DNA from: Clostridia bacterium
GTDB taxonomy: Bacteria; Bacillota; Clostridia; Oscillospirales; CAG-272
DNA length: 54,992 nucleotides
Direction of reading: 5' to 3'
Assembly (NCBI GenBank): GCA_900753295.1
Contig: CAADYQ010000066.1
Location: forward strand, 1-54,992
This document shows, one piece after another, positions 31,636-42,074 of the stretch (positions are counted from its first letter, which is position 1; every line of letters begins with the position of its first letter). The translations under genes and the position numbers were made by a program. The notes under the pieces are model-generated. The model had not been told where the DNA came from. It ran no database searches and was given only the letters and a program-made list of their open reading frames with translations.

Positions 31636-33945
31636 ATGCTTGAAGAAAAATATGTTGACCACAAACGCGTGTATGTTCTGAAGCCGGCAGCGGGGCTGAA
31701 AAATGCGCTCGGCTTTATGGGCAGGTTCTTTTCGAGGCGCAACGTTTCCTGTGCATTCCGTTCGGTAACGCGCGGATTCCGCGAGTATCTGCCGTTTTTT
31801 GCGGCATGCTTTGCACTTCAGCTCATATTCTGGGCGGGGATGGTCTATGCGGATATTCGCCTTGCCACCGCAAAAAAGGAGGCTTACGCCGCCGCGGACT
31901 GCCATGTGATCGTTGACGGTCTGACCTCCGATGAAAAAGCGGCGATAGAGAACGGCAGACTGTGGGTGGCTCAGCATCTTTCGCCATCCGAGAGGATGTA
32001 CGAGAGCTATTCATTTGAGGCTTACCGCACCTCGCTCGGCGCTACGCGTTACGAGATGCATATTCTGCTTGACGAGGATTCGCGCTCGCGCGCCGATGAC
32101 TTCCTCAGCTACTATTCTGTCGGGGGAGCCGGCTCGCACAGCTATTACACCGAACGCATAACGATGACGGAGACAGCCGCGGCGCGCGCAACACAGGGAA
32201 AGACGATATTCTTTATCGTGTCGCTCCTCTTTTCGGCGGTGTCGCTCATGATCCTGTTCAACATCCGCACGAACCACTACAAATTTATGTATGGTGTGTA
32301 TATGTCCTTCGGCGCGGGGTTTGAAAAGCTGTTCGAGACAGCCTCGTGGGAGCTTTTCATGATATCGGTGCTTACATTTGTCCCCGCCGCCCTGGTGGGT
32401 GTCGGAGCCGATGCGCTCATATATCTCCCGCGCGGCGCAAAATTTTCAATGAGCGCGGCTACCGTGGCTCTTGCGGTGCTTTTTGACCTTCTTGCGGTAT
32501 TCGCGGCAACCGCGCTGCCGGTTCTGGTCCTTTCAAAAAAGACGCCCGTATCGCTGCTCACCGCCGAGGATAATTCAAACCTCGTCTCATCGCCGCGCCG
32601 CTCGGCGTACATATTCGGCAAGCGCTTCCCGTCAACATATGAGTTTTACGGAATGTTCCGCTTCCGCCGCTATTTTGCGGGTCTGCTCGTCGGTGCGGTA
32701 TCCTTCAGCACCGTATTCCTCTGCGGGATTTTCATTTCCGACCGCCGCGCCGATATCGACTCCGCACCGAAGGCGCAATTCACCGTTACGGCGCCTGAGG
32801 GGATCGATGCCATCGACCTTGAGCTTGCCCCGGATATTGCGGGCGTGGACTACCTGACGTGGGACGTCAGCACAAAGGCGGCGGCGATGCGCAGCCATGC
32901 CGTGCTGACGCAGCGTGCGGCGGGCAGTCGCGGGTACACCTCGACCAAGGCTCAGGACGGCGAAAATGTTGCCACCAACAGCGTAAAGTATGCGGCGCTT
33001 GACGGGCTGCTTATCGACACGGTGACGTCGCACGGGCTATGGAAGGTCGAGGGCGATCTTTCATCGGTGCTTTCCGCCCCGTATACGGTCGCTGTCAGCG
33101 AGTATATATACAACGGGCGCGAGCTGAACTTCAAGGTCGGCGATACCATAAAGGTCGCAGTGCTCACCGGCGTGACCTCGCCGATAGATCAGCTCGTGAC
33201 CGACGCCCGGCTGAACCTTGAGCAGGAGATAAAGAAAGGCGAATTCGAATTTACCGAGCTGCGCGTCGGAGCGGTGATAGATACCGGCACCGCCGAGGAT
33301 TGCTTCATCGTGGGGATGTCGCCGGAGCTTTACACTACGCTCACTGGCGAGGACACCGATGTGAAAAAGGCGTTCGTTTACCTTGACGCGGGCACGGATG
33401 CCGCCGGTGCGCGCAATGCCTTTATCGGAGTGCGCGAGATGTTTTCGGACTATTCCGGCTATTCGGTGTACGACAGTCTTGCCGCGTCCGACGGCATCCT
33501 GCGCAGCAAAACGGATATCCGCGGCGTGACGCTCGCCTGCCTTGCGGCAGTGCTCGCGCTTTCACCGCTCGTCTGGTTCTTCTCGCAGTCGATGTTCTTC
33601 ACCAAACGCGAGGGCGAGTTTTATATGCTCGGTGCGTTTGGCGCAACAGACGGCAAGCTGCGCTCGCTGCATCTGTTCTCGGGCGGAGTGACCGCCGCGG
33701 CGTCATTTGTCGTGAGCCTTCTCCTCGGCGGCATAAGCGGATATCTTTCGTTCATGCTGCTTGACAACTGGCTGCCGAAATACGGATTTACCGAGGCGGT
33801 GCGCCACAGCTTCGGAATGCCGTGGGCGGCATGCGTGATATGCCTTGTTGTATCTGCGGCTTGCGGATTTGCCTCGGCGCTCGCCCCCTACCGTCGGTAC
33901 ATAAAAAAGCGCGACCGCGTGGCGCGCACACAGCTCGGTGAATAA
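31636..33945 (+). CDS. ABC transporter permease, FtsX-like (two FtsX/4-TM modules)
   Basis: 769 aa with multiple TM clusters at both ends and a large central extracytoplasmic region. Followed by a MacB/LolD-type ATPase. Confidence 0.7.
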   Translation: MLEEKYVDHKRVYVLKPAAGLKNALGFMGRFFSRRNVSCAFRSVTRGFREYLPFFAACFALQLIFWAGMVYADIRLATAKKEAYAAADCHVIVDGLTSDEKAAIENGRLWVAQHLSPSERMYESYSFEAYRTSLGATRYEMHILLDEDSRSRADDFLSYYSVGGAGSHSYYTERITMTETAAARATQGKTIFFIVSLLFSAVSLMILFNIRTNHYKFMYGVYMSFGAGFEKLFETASWELFMISVLTFVPAALVGVGADALIYLPRGAKFSMSAATVALAVLFDLLAVFAATALPVLVLSKKTPVSLLTAEDNSNLVSSPRRSAYIFGKRFPSTYEFYGMFRFRRYFAGLLVGAVSFSTVFLCGIFISDRRADIDSAPKAQFTVTAPEGIDAIDLELAPDIAGVDYLTWDVSTKAAAMRSHAVLTQRAAGSRGYTSTKAQDGENVATNSVKYAALDGLLIDTVTSHGLWKVEGDLSSVLSAPYTVAVSEYIYNGRELNFKVGDTIKVAVLTGVTSPIDQLVTDARLNLEQEIKKGEFEFTELRVGAVIDTGTAEDCFIVGMSPELYTTLTGEDTDVKKAFVYLDAGTDAAGARNAFIGVREMFSDYSGYSVYDSLAASDGILRSKTDIRGVTLACLAAVLALSPLVWFFSQSMFFTKREGEFYMLGAFGATDGKLRSLHLFSGGVTAAASFVVSLLLGGISGYLSFMLLDNWLPKYGFTEAVRHSFGMPWAACVICLVVSAACGFASALAPYRRYIKKRDRVARTQLGE

Positions 33946-33970
33946 CCTATCCGGAAAGGAATATACGATC

Positions 33971-34669
33971 ATGCAGGAAAAAAGAAAAATACTTGAAGCG
34001 CGCGATGTGATAAAGCAGTACCGTCAGTACGACACGGTTGTAACTGCGGTGAACCGTGCGACGTTTGACGTGTACGAGGGCGAATTCGTAGCGATAATCG
34101 GGACCTCCGGCTCCGGTAAGAGCACGCTCCTCCATATCCTTGCCGGTCTTGACCGACCGAACTCGGGAAGGGTCACTGTGCGCGGCAATGAGATAACTTC
34201 AATGTCAGCCGACGAGCTTGCCGCCTTCCGCGGTAATTATATAGGAATGGTTTTTCAGAACCACAACCTCATATCCCAGTTCACGGCGCTTGAAAATATA
34301 CTTATCCCCACGCTTATGTGCAATAAGGAAGATTTCAGCTATGAGGAGCACCTGAAAAAGCTGGTCGCAACGCTTGATATCGGCGACCGCCTGCACCACC
34401 TGCCGAGCGAGCTTTCGGGCGGTCAGCAGCAGCGCGTGTCGATAGCCCGCGCGCTGATAAACCGTCCGCAGGTCGTATTTGCGGACGAGCCCACCGGCAA
34501 CCTTGACCGCCGCAACGCCGACGAGGTGCTTGAGCTTCTTCTGCGCACCAAGGAAGTAATGAACCAGACGCTCATCATGGTCACGCACGATATGACGATA
34601 GCCGAGCGCGCAGACCGCATTTTTTCGATGGAAAACGGCGTTTTGGAGCCTTACAGAAAGAAAAATTGA
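33971..34669 (+). CDS. ABC transporter ATP-binding protein (MacB/LolD type)
   Basis: Walker A GTSGSGKST, Q-loop, signature LSGGQQQRV, Walker B VVFADEPTGNLD, H-loop VTHD. Confidence 0.9.
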   Translation: MQEKRKILEARDVIKQYRQYDTVVTAVNRATFDVYEGEFVAIIGTSGSGKSTLLHILAGLDRPNSGRVTVRGNEITSMSADELAAFRGNYIGMVFQNHNLISQFTALENILIPTLMCNKEDFSYEEHLKKLVATLDIGDRLHHLPSELSGGQQQRVSIARALINRPQVVFADEPTGNLDRRNADEVLELLLRTKEVMNQTLIMVTHDMTIAERADRIFSMENGVLEPYRKKN

Positions 34670-34790
34670 CTTTTTGACCGGAAAAATCGATTCCGGTGTA
34701 GACAAGCGCGGCTGTTTGTGGTAAAATAAAGAATAATTATATTTATTGAAAAAACGGCGGCTTTGCCGCCGGTGCATAGAAGAGGTCAGC

Positions 34791-36479
34791 ATGGATCACA
34801 AGCGTTTAGCAGAGCTGCTCTTCCCGGATGTCACGATGACTCCGGAGGAGCTTGAAGAAAAATATCCGCCGCGCGATCTGCCCGAGGGGGCAAAGGTCAC
34901 GCGCTTTGCACCCAGCCCTACGGGATTCGTCCACATAGGCGGTGTGTACCAGACTATGGTGGGGGAGAGACTTGCGCACCAGTCAGGCGGCGTTTTTTAC
35001 CTTCGTATCGAGGATACCGATGCAAAGCGCGAGGTCCCCGGCGCTGCCGAAGGACTTATAAATACTCTTGCGCGTTACGGCATACGCTTTGACGAGGGCG
35101 CCGCTATCGGAGAGAACGGCGAGATAATCGACCGCGGAAACTACGGACCGTACAAGCAGAGCCTGCGCGGAGATATCTATCACGTATATGCAAAAAAGCT
35201 GGTCGCCGAGGGCAAGGCATACCCTTGCTTTACGACCGATGAAGAATTGCGCGCGCTTGAGGCGGTGGACAAAAAGGCTGAGGTGAAGTCCCGCGAGTGG
35301 ACCGAGGAGACCGAGGCGGAGCAGAAGGCGGCAATGCGCCGTCTGCGTGAGTTCACCATCGAGGATGTTGAACGCAACCTTGCCGCGGGCAACAAATTTG
35401 TCCTGCGCATCCTTGCCGACGGCGACCCGGAAAAGAAGACTCCGTTCACCGATCTTGTAAAGGGCAAGCTCGAAATACCCGAAAACGATGAGGATTTCGT
35501 TCTTCTCAAGAGCGACGGAATCCCGACATATCACTTTGCGCACGCGGTGGACGATCACCTTATGCGTACGACGCACGTCATACGCGGCGAGGAATGGCTC
35601 CCGAGCGTGGCAAAGCATATCCAGCTTTTCCGTTATCTCGGCTTCAGACTGCCTAAATATCTGCACACCGCGCAGATCATGCGTCTTGATGAGAACGGCA
35701 ACAAAAAGAAGTTCTCAAAGCGCGATCTCGGTGCAAATATGAACGACTACGAGCGCGACGGTTACGCGCCCGTGGCGGTCTCCGAATATCTGCTCACCGT
35801 TCTCAACTCCAACTTTGAGGAGTGGAGGATGCAGAATCCGAACAAGCCCTTCACCGATTTCAAATTTGATATAAAGAAAATGTGCGCGTCGGGATGCCTT
35901 TTCGACCGCGCGAAGATAGAGGACGTATCCAAAAATGTCGTGTCGCGCATGAGCGCGGACGAGGTTTATGCTCAGCTTGCAGGTTGGGCAAAGGTCTACG
36001 ATCCCGAATTCTTTGCATTGCTTGACCGCGATCCCGACTATGCCCGGTCTATACTTGCAATAGGTCGCGGCGGCAAAAAGCCGCGCAAGGACTACGGTCT
36101 TTGGAGCGAGGTCAAGGCGTTTATCGGCTTCTTCTATGACGAGCTGTTCACGCGCGAGGACGAAATACCGCAAAGCTTCGACCGCGGGGACGTCAAGGCT
36201 GCACTTGCGGCGTTTGCGGACACGCTCGACTATGCGGATGATTCAAACGCGTGGTTCGAAAAGATAAAAAAGATCGCTTCCGATCTCGGCTATGCCACTG
36301 ATATGCGGCAGTACAAAGCCGATCCGGCGGCATTCCGCGGCAGCGTTGCCGATGTCAGCATGTTCATACGTGTTGCGGTGACCGGCAGAATGAACTCGCC
36401 CGATCTTTATACGGTGATTCATATAATCGGCATGGAGCGCACCGTGCAACGTGTGCGCGAGCTTGCCGCATCGCTCTGA
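34791..36479 (+). CDS. gltX: Glutamate--tRNA ligase
   Basis: TRFAPSPTGFVHIGG (HIGH), YLRIEDTD, KFSKR (KMSKS). Start at MDHKRLAELLFP with a GAAGAGG RBS. Confidence 0.88.
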   Translation: MDHKRLAELLFPDVTMTPEELEEKYPPRDLPEGAKVTRFAPSPTGFVHIGGVYQTMVGERLAHQSGGVFYLRIEDTDAKREVPGAAEGLINTLARYGIRFDEGAAIGENGEIIDRGNYGPYKQSLRGDIYHVYAKKLVAEGKAYPCFTTDEELRALEAVDKKAEVKSREWTEETEAEQKAAMRRLREFTIEDVERNLAAGNKFVLRILADGDPEKKTPFTDLVKGKLEIPENDEDFVLLKSDGIPTYHFAHAVDDHLMRTTHVIRGEEWLPSVAKHIQLFRYLGFRLPKYLHTAQIMRLDENGNKKKFSKRDLGANMNDYERDGYAPVAVSEYLLTVLNSNFEEWRMQNPNKPFTDFKFDIKKMCASGCLFDRAKIEDVSKNVVSRMSADEVYAQLAGWAKVYDPEFFALLDRDPDYARSILAIGRGGKKPRKDYGLWSEVKAFIGFFYDELFTREDEIPQSFDRGDVKAALAAFADTLDYADDSNAWFEKIKKIASDLGYATDMRQYKADPAAFRGSVADVSMFIRVAVTGRMNSPDLYTVIHIIGMERTVQRVRELAASL

Positions 36480-36506
36480 TACAGTCAATGAAAGGTCATT
36501 CTTGAA

Positions 36507-38195
36507 ATGGAAAACAAAGAGGAAATGAAAAACGAAGCCGCGGCGGAAGAGATAAGCGGCAACTTTATACACGATATAATCGACGAGGATCTCAGGGAAA
36601 ATCCCAACCTTAAAATACACACGCGTTTCCCGCCCGAGCCCAACGGATATCTTCACATCGGGTCGGCAAAGGCTATACGCATAAACTGGCAGATCGCACG
36701 CAAGTATAACGGGCTTTTCAATCTGCGCTATGACGACACAAACCCCGTCAGAGAGGGCGACGAGTATGTGCGCTCCATATATGAGGATCTTTGCTGGCTC
36801 GGTTGCAAGCCGACAGGCGGCGTGTTTTACGGCTCGGACTATTTTGACAAATGCTACGAGTTTGCAGTAAAGCTCATTAAGGACGGCAAGGCGTACGTGG
36901 ACGACCTCAGTGCCGAGGAAATGAAGGAATACCGCGGAACGCTCACCCAGCCGGGACGCGAATCCCCCTGCCGCGGACGTTCGGTCGAGGAGAACCTTGA
37001 CCTTTTCGAGCGCATGAAAAACGGAGAGTTCCCGGACGGCTCTCACACGCTGCGCGCCAAGATCGATATGGCATCTCCGAATATGAATATGCGCGACCCG
37101 GCGATATACCGTATACTCCACACCGAGCATCACCGTCAGGGCAATAAATGGTGCATCTATCCTCTGTATGACTACGCCCATCCCATTCAGGACGCGCTTG
37201 AGGGGATAACTCATTCCTGCTGTTCTCTTGAATTTGAAAACCACCGTCCGCTTTACGAATGGGTCGTCGATAATATCGGATTCGATCCCAAGCCGAAGCA
37301 GCGCGAGTTCGCGCGTCTCAACGTCACGCACACCGTGATGAGCAAGAGATATCTGCGTCAGCTCGTTGAGACAGGTCTTGTTGACGGCTGGGACGATCCC
37401 CGTATGCCCACGCTTTGCGGTCTGCGCCGCCGCGGATATACTCCGTCCGCGATATTTGATTTTGTAGACCGCGCAGGCGTTTCCAAGGCGTACAGCGTGG
37501 TCGATATCGAGCTGCTTGAGCATTGCATCCGCGAGGAGCTGAACACCACGGCGCCCCGCCGCATTGCCGTCATGAAGCCGGTAAAGCTGGTGATAGACAA
37601 CTATCCTGCCGATAAGACCGAATATTTCGAGCTTCCCAACAACCCGCAGTCACCCGAGGCGGGAACGAGAAAGCTCCCCTTCACGCATGAGCTTTATATC
37701 GACGCCGACGATTTTGCCGAGCTGCCGCCTCCGAAGTTCTTCAGACTCAAGCCGGACGGCGAGGTGAGACTCATGGGCGCATATATCGTCAAATGCGTCT
37801 CGGTGGAGCATAACGCGGACGGCAGCGTTGCAGCCATTCACTGCACCGCGGATCTTGAGACCGGAAACGGCAATCCCGCCGACGGCAGAAAGATAAAAGG
37901 CACCATCCATTGGCTTTCCGCGGCGTATGCCGAGCGTGCCGATGTCATGCTTTACGACTACCTCTTTACGCTTGAGAACATCGACGATATGCCCGAGGGC
38001 AAGACCTACGGCGATTATCTCAATCCCGATTCCGCAAAAAAACTGGAGGGATGCATGATCGAGCCGTCGCTTGCGGATGCGGCGCCCGGCGACAAGTTCC
38101 AGTTCGTCCGCAACGGTTATTATGTAAAGGACACCAAGAATCCGGGTACCTTCAACCGCATCGTCGGACTCAAGGACAGCTATCCCAAAAAGTAA
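36507..38195 (+). CDS. glnS: Glutamine--tRNA ligase
   Basis: TRFPPEPNGYLHIGS (HIGH), LRYDDTNP, VMSKR (KMSKS), and a C-terminal anticodon-binding beta-barrel region. Confidence 0.92.
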   Translation: MENKEEMKNEAAAEEISGNFIHDIIDEDLRENPNLKIHTRFPPEPNGYLHIGSAKAIRINWQIARKYNGLFNLRYDDTNPVREGDEYVRSIYEDLCWLGCKPTGGVFYGSDYFDKCYEFAVKLIKDGKAYVDDLSAEEMKEYRGTLTQPGRESPCRGRSVEENLDLFERMKNGEFPDGSHTLRAKIDMASPNMNMRDPAIYRILHTEHHRQGNKWCIYPLYDYAHPIQDALEGITHSCCSLEFENHRPLYEWVVDNIGFDPKPKQREFARLNVTHTVMSKRYLRQLVETGLVDGWDDPRMPTLCGLRRRGYTPSAIFDFVDRAGVSKAYSVVDIELLEHCIREELNTTAPRRIAVMKPVKLVIDNYPADKTEYFELPNNPQSPEAGTRKLPFTHELYIDADDFAELPPPKFFRLKPDGEVRLMGAYIVKCVSVEHNADGSVAAIHCTADLETGNGNPADGRKIKGTIHWLSAAYAERADVMLYDYLFTLENIDDMPEGKTYGDYLNPDSAKKLEGCMIEPSLADAAPGDKFQFVRNGYYVKDTKNPGTFNRIVGLKDSYPKK

Positions 38196-38518
38196 TGGAG
38201 GGGACGGTATGCCTTCGCCGTATACTGCCGGCGGTGATACCGGCGGCATACCTGCTACTCATTTCGGTCATATCCGTTATCGTCACGGTTTATGACAAGT
38301 GGGCGTCAAAGCACCGCACCGACCGCCGCATACGCGAAAGCTCGCTTTTGGCGTTTTCGATAGTTGGCGGCTCGGTGGCAATGCTGCTTACAATGCTGAT
38401 AATACGGCATAAAACCAAGCATCCGAAGTTTATGATAGGCATTCCGGTTATCATTATACTTCAGGCGTTGTGCGTGTGGTTCGTTATCGACCGCCTGCAC
38501 ATCAGTATCGTTATCTGA
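38195..38518 (+). CDS. DUF1294 family membrane protein
   Basis: YDKWASKHRTDRRIRESSLLAFSIVGGSVAMLL...RHKTKHPKF is the DUF1294 core. The ATG overlaps the glnS stop (TAATG). Confidence 0.7.
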   Translation: MEGTVCLRRILPAVIPAAYLLLISVISVIVTVYDKWASKHRTDRRIRESSLLAFSIVGGSVAMLLTMLIIRHKTKHPKFMIGIPVIIILQALCVWFVIDRLHISIVI

Positions 38519-38542
38519 GAAAAGCTCCGGTAAAAACATCAC

Positions 38543-38586
38543 AAGGGCTTGCAGGGCGTAAGTCCGGTTGCCCTTTTGTTTTTTCG
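38543..38586 (+). terminator. Weak intrinsic terminator after the gltX-glnS-DUF1294 unit
   Basis: AAGGGC...GCCCTT stem with a large loop, followed by TTTGTTTTTT. Confidence 0.35.
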
Positions 38587-38678
38587 GAAAAGATCAAAAA
38601 AATTTTTTTGAAAAATGCAACCTGCCGGAAAAAACGCTGTGTATAAGGGTAGGAGCGCATCGATGATGAGGTGACTGC

Positions 38679-39239
38679 ATGAACGACGAACAGATAGTTG
38701 AGCTGTACTTCAGGCGCGACGAGACGGCAATAGCCGAGTCCGAAAAGAAGTACGGTGCTTACTGTATGAAGATCGCCATGAATATTCTTTCAAGCGAGCT
38801 CGACAGTGAGGAATGCGTAAACGACGTCTGGCTCGGAGCCTGGCGCTCGATACCGCCGCAAAGGCCGTCGAACCTTGCAACATACCTCGGAAAAATAACG
38901 AGAAATCTCTCGATCAACCGCTATAAAATGAAATATGCGGATAAGAGAGCAATGAATGAGTTTGCGATTTCTCTTGACGAACTTGATGAGTGCGTTCCGG
39001 GAGGTGAGCCGGTGGAAGATAACGGGCGGATCGGACAGATCGGAGAAAGCATAAATGTCTTTCTGCACGGTCAGAAGGCACTTGACCGAAAGGTCTTTGT
39101 GTGCAGGTACTTTTACAGCGACTCCGTAGCCGAGATCGCAGAACGGTTCGGCATAAGCGAGAGCCGTGTAAAATCACTTCTGTTCCGTATGCGCTCAAAA
39201 CTGAAAGCACATTTGGAACGCGACGGTATAACCGTTTAG
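38679..39239 (+). CDS. ECF-like sigma-70 family sigma factor (paralog of 28857-29429)
   Basis: IVELYFRRDETAI...DVWLGAWRSIPP and the region-4 HTH FVCRYFYSDSVAEIAERFGISESRVKSLL. Same architecture as the other sigma. Confidence 0.85.
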   Translation: MNDEQIVELYFRRDETAIAESEKKYGAYCMKIAMNILSSELDSEECVNDVWLGAWRSIPPQRPSNLATYLGKITRNLSINRYKMKYADKRAMNEFAISLDELDECVPGGEPVEDNGRIGQIGESINVFLHGQKALDRKVFVCRYFYSDSVAEIAERFGISESRVKSLLFRMRSKLKAHLERDGITV

Positions 39240-39292
39240 GACACTCAGGGAAGGAAGGCGAAAAAATAAAAAACGAACTTCTGGCGAGAGCC

Positions 39293-39817
39293 ATGTCGGA
39301 GATCGACGACGATCTTCTTGAAGAAGCGCGCCGCCCGCTCCCGAGGCGTCGTGTATTCCCGGTCGTAATGCAGTACGCTGCGGCGGCAGCATGCCTTGTG
39401 CTTGTGTTTGTCGCGGTTTTGGCGGCAGTACGCGGGGGAAACATGCCGACAGTCAGTGTGAATGGCGTAAAGATCACGGATAGCGGAGTTCTTGAAAAGC
39501 CGATCGAGATGTCGCTCACCGTTTCAACGCATCAGATCAGATTGATCGACGGAACGGAAATACGCCTGCACTTTGAAGCCGGGGGTGGGCATGCGGTAAT
39601 GCTTGACGTATCTGACGGAAGCATTATCGTGACCGACAACGGTGAGCAGTACACTAACGCCGTTATAACAGACGATAGTGATATTTCGTGGTATGTGGAT
39701 ACCGCGAGAGAAAAGTCGTTTACCATGACGGCAAAAACCAAAAACAAGACAGTTGTAATTACCGCTACGGTAGACGAGGAGAACAGCAAACTCATCGTTA
39801 CCGCCGCAGCGGAATAA
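39293..39817 (+). CDS. Putative anti-sigma factor (single TM); start uncertain
   Basis: MSEIDDDLLEEARRP, then TM AAAAACLVLVFVAVLAAV, then an extracytoplasmic beta-rich domain. The frame is open further upstream (KIKNELLARA) but has no standard start codon there. Confidence 0.5.
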   Translation: MSEIDDDLLEEARRPLPRRRVFPVVMQYAAAAACLVLVFVAVLAAVRGGNMPTVSVNGVKITDSGVLEKPIEMSLTVSTHQIRLIDGTEIRLHFEAGGGHAVMLDVSDGSIIVTDNGEQYTNAVITDDSDISWYVDTAREKSFTMTAKTKNKTVVITATVDEENSKLIVTAAAE

Positions 39818-39856
39818 CAAATGACAAACGAAAATAATCCCGAAAGGAAAACACAA

Positions 39857-40513
39857 ATGAAAAAGATCACATCTATCATCCTTGCAATTATCATGACATT
39901 TGCAGTGCTTGCACTGGCAGCCTGCAACAATACAGGTAACGGCGACAGCACAACTACCGCAACGCCCGCTGGGACCACGGCTCCCGAGGCACCCAAAACG
40001 GACGCTACCACTTCTGCCGAGAAGCCCGCCATCGAATCCGCAGCAGCATTTTACACCAAGGTGTGGGGCGCGCTGACCGACGATCAGAAGTTCCCCGCCT
40101 CAGGCGGTGATATTGACCACACCGCCGACGGTCCCGCCAAGTTCAACTTTACCGCCGAGAACGCCGAGACCTTCAAATGGTGGCTCCATGTTACCGACGA
40201 GCTTCTGGCACAGATCGATCAGAACGATGTTGCAACGCTTATCCACATGATGAACACCAACACCTTCTGCTCAGCCATGGCGAAGCTCACCGACTCCTCC
40301 AAGGCGGCTGAATTTGCCGAGGCATACAAGACTGCTATCCAGGATCAGCGCTGGATGTGCGGCTTCCCGGATACCGTTATCGTTATCTCGGTAGGCGACT
40401 ATGTGATAATGGCTTACGGAAATGCCGATATCATCGAGAACGTCAAAACTGCCTGCCTTGCAGCCGACTCTTCGGCAAAGCTGCTTATCGAAGCACCCGC
40501 TCTTCCTGCCTGA
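39857..40513 (+). CDS. Lipoprotein, function unknown
   Basis: Signal peptide plus lipobox MKKITSIILAIIMTFAVLALAAC, followed by a Thr/Pro/Ala linker. Confidence 0.65.
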   Translation: MKKITSIILAIIMTFAVLALAACNNTGNGDSTTTATPAGTTAPEAPKTDATTSAEKPAIESAAAFYTKVWGALTDDQKFPASGGDIDHTADGPAKFNFTAENAETFKWWLHVTDELLAQIDQNDVATLIHMMNTNTFCSAMAKLTDSSKAAEFAEAYKTAIQDQRWMCGFPDTVIVISVGDYVIMAYGNADIIENVKTACLAADSSAKLLIEAPALPA

Positions 40514-40651
40514 TCCGGTCGGTACAAGGGTAAAACAAAGGGGGCTGTTGCGCCCGAGCGCCCGGCTCCCTATAACTATGCAATTTTTATATGACTTTTT
40601 TCGGGTCCGCGATCCCGGAAAGTAAAAAATGAAGGAGTAAGGCATTTTATC

Positions 40652-42055
40652 ATGTTGTTTTCAAGCATACCGTTTCTGTTCTACTTTTTGCCGTGCGTAC
40701 TCATACTGTATCTCATAGCCCCGAAATGTCTTAAAAACACCGTCCTGCTTTTGTCAAGTCTTGTGTTTTACGCCTGGGGCGAACCGAGATACGTTATATG
40801 GATGCTTCTCGCAATCACGCTCGGATATATTTTCGGACTTCTCATCGAGCGTTTCAAAGAGAAAAAGCGCATTTCAAAGCTGTTTATGATCCTCTCGGTC
40901 GCAAGCAGTCTTGCAATGCTCGGATATTTCAAATATGTTGACTTTTTTATCGGCAACTTCAACGCCATTACCGGACTGTCGATCCCGCTGCTCAAGATCG
41001 CTCTCCCGATAGGCATCAGCTTTTACACGTTCCAGATACTCAGCTATACGGTCGATGTTTACCGCGGCAATGTTGCGGCGCAGAAAAATCCCATTGACCT
41101 TGCGGCATATGTGGCGCTTTTCCCACAGCTCATAGCCGGACCTATCGTCCGCTATTCCGATGTGGCGGAGCAGCTCAAAAGCCGCACTCATACCTTAGAA
41201 AAGACCGTGCTCGGCGCACGCCGCTTTATGATCGGTCTCGGAAAGAAAATACTCATAGCAAACATCCTCGGCGAGCTTTGCGATACCTTCCGCGCGTCAG
41301 ACGATAAATCAGTGCTTTTTTTCTGGCTTTATGCGGTGGCATATTCGCTTCATATATACTTCGACTTCTCCGGATACAGCGACATGGCAATAGGACTCGG
41401 CAAGCTGTTCGGGTTCGATTTCCTTGAAAACTTCAACTATCCTTACATTTCCGCAAGCATAACCGAGTTCTGGCGGCGCTGGCACATGTCGCTCGGTTCA
41501 TGGTTCCGCGATTATGTTTACATTCCGCTCGGCGGCAACCGTGTGAGCCGCATGCGTCACCTTTTCAATATTTTCGTCGTCTGGATGCTCACCGGCTTCT
41601 GGCACGGTGCGGCGTGGAACTTCATCGTATGGGGACTTTTCTTTGCCGTGCTGCTTATGGTCGAAAAGCTGTGGCTCCTTAAATATCTCAAAAAGAGCCG
41701 TGTGCTTTCACATATTTACGTTGTCGTCCTGATAATCATCAGTTTCGTCATTTTTGATGCGTCAAGCATGGGACAGGCGTTTTCCTACATCGGCTCGATG
41801 TTCGGAGCCGGCGGATATCCGCTCGTTTCTACCGAATTTCTCTATTATCTCCGCAGCTACGGTGTCGTGCTCATACTCGGTATCATCGGAGCGACCCCGC
41901 TTCCCAAAAAACTGTGGAACCGTATTGCCGCAACCGGCATCGGCAGCAACATAATGACGTTTGCGGAGCCTATCGCTCTTTCCGCACTCCTGCTTTGCTG
42001 CAGCGCATATCTTGTTGACGGTTCGTACAACCCCTTTCTTTACTTCAGATTCTGA
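40652..42055 (+). CDS. MBOAT-family O-acyltransferase (AlgI/DltB-like)
   Basis: Polytopic. GISFYTFQILSYTVDVYRG, FWRRWHMSLGSWFRDYVYIPLGGNR, and the catalytic-His region TGFWHGAAWNF. Confidence 0.88.
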   Translation: MLFSSIPFLFYFLPCVLILYLIAPKCLKNTVLLLSSLVFYAWGEPRYVIWMLLAITLGYIFGLLIERFKEKKRISKLFMILSVASSLAMLGYFKYVDFFIGNFNAITGLSIPLLKIALPIGISFYTFQILSYTVDVYRGNVAAQKNPIDLAAYVALFPQLIAGPIVRYSDVAEQLKSRTHTLEKTVLGARRFMIGLGKKILIANILGELCDTFRASDDKSVLFFWLYAVAYSLHIYFDFSGYSDMAIGLGKLFGFDFLENFNYPYISASITEFWRRWHMSLGSWFRDYVYIPLGGNRVSRMRHLFNIFVVWMLTGFWHGAAWNFIVWGLFFAVLLMVEKLWLLKYLKKSRVLSHIYVVVLIIISFVIFDASSMGQAFSYIGSMFGAGGYPLVSTEFLYYLRSYGVVLILGIIGATPLPKKLWNRIAATGIGSNIMTFAEPIALSALLLCCSAYLVDGSYNPFLYFRF

Positions 42056-42074
42056 GTGAGGTGCTTAACTTAAA

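Noticed and set aside
34672-34790. Hairpins ACCGGAA-aaatcga-TTCCGGT and CGGCGGC-ttt-GCCGCCG upstream of gltX as a possible T-box or riboswitch
   Set aside because: There is no T-box consensus (GGGTGGTACCGCG) or other riboswitch core that I can recognise. The first lacks a U-tract, and the second is oriented as a terminator only for the opposite strand.
36243-37523. 426-aa minus-strand ORF
   Set aside because: It is antisense to the gltX 3' end and glnS, both of which have clear class I synthetase motifs. It is a shadow ORF.
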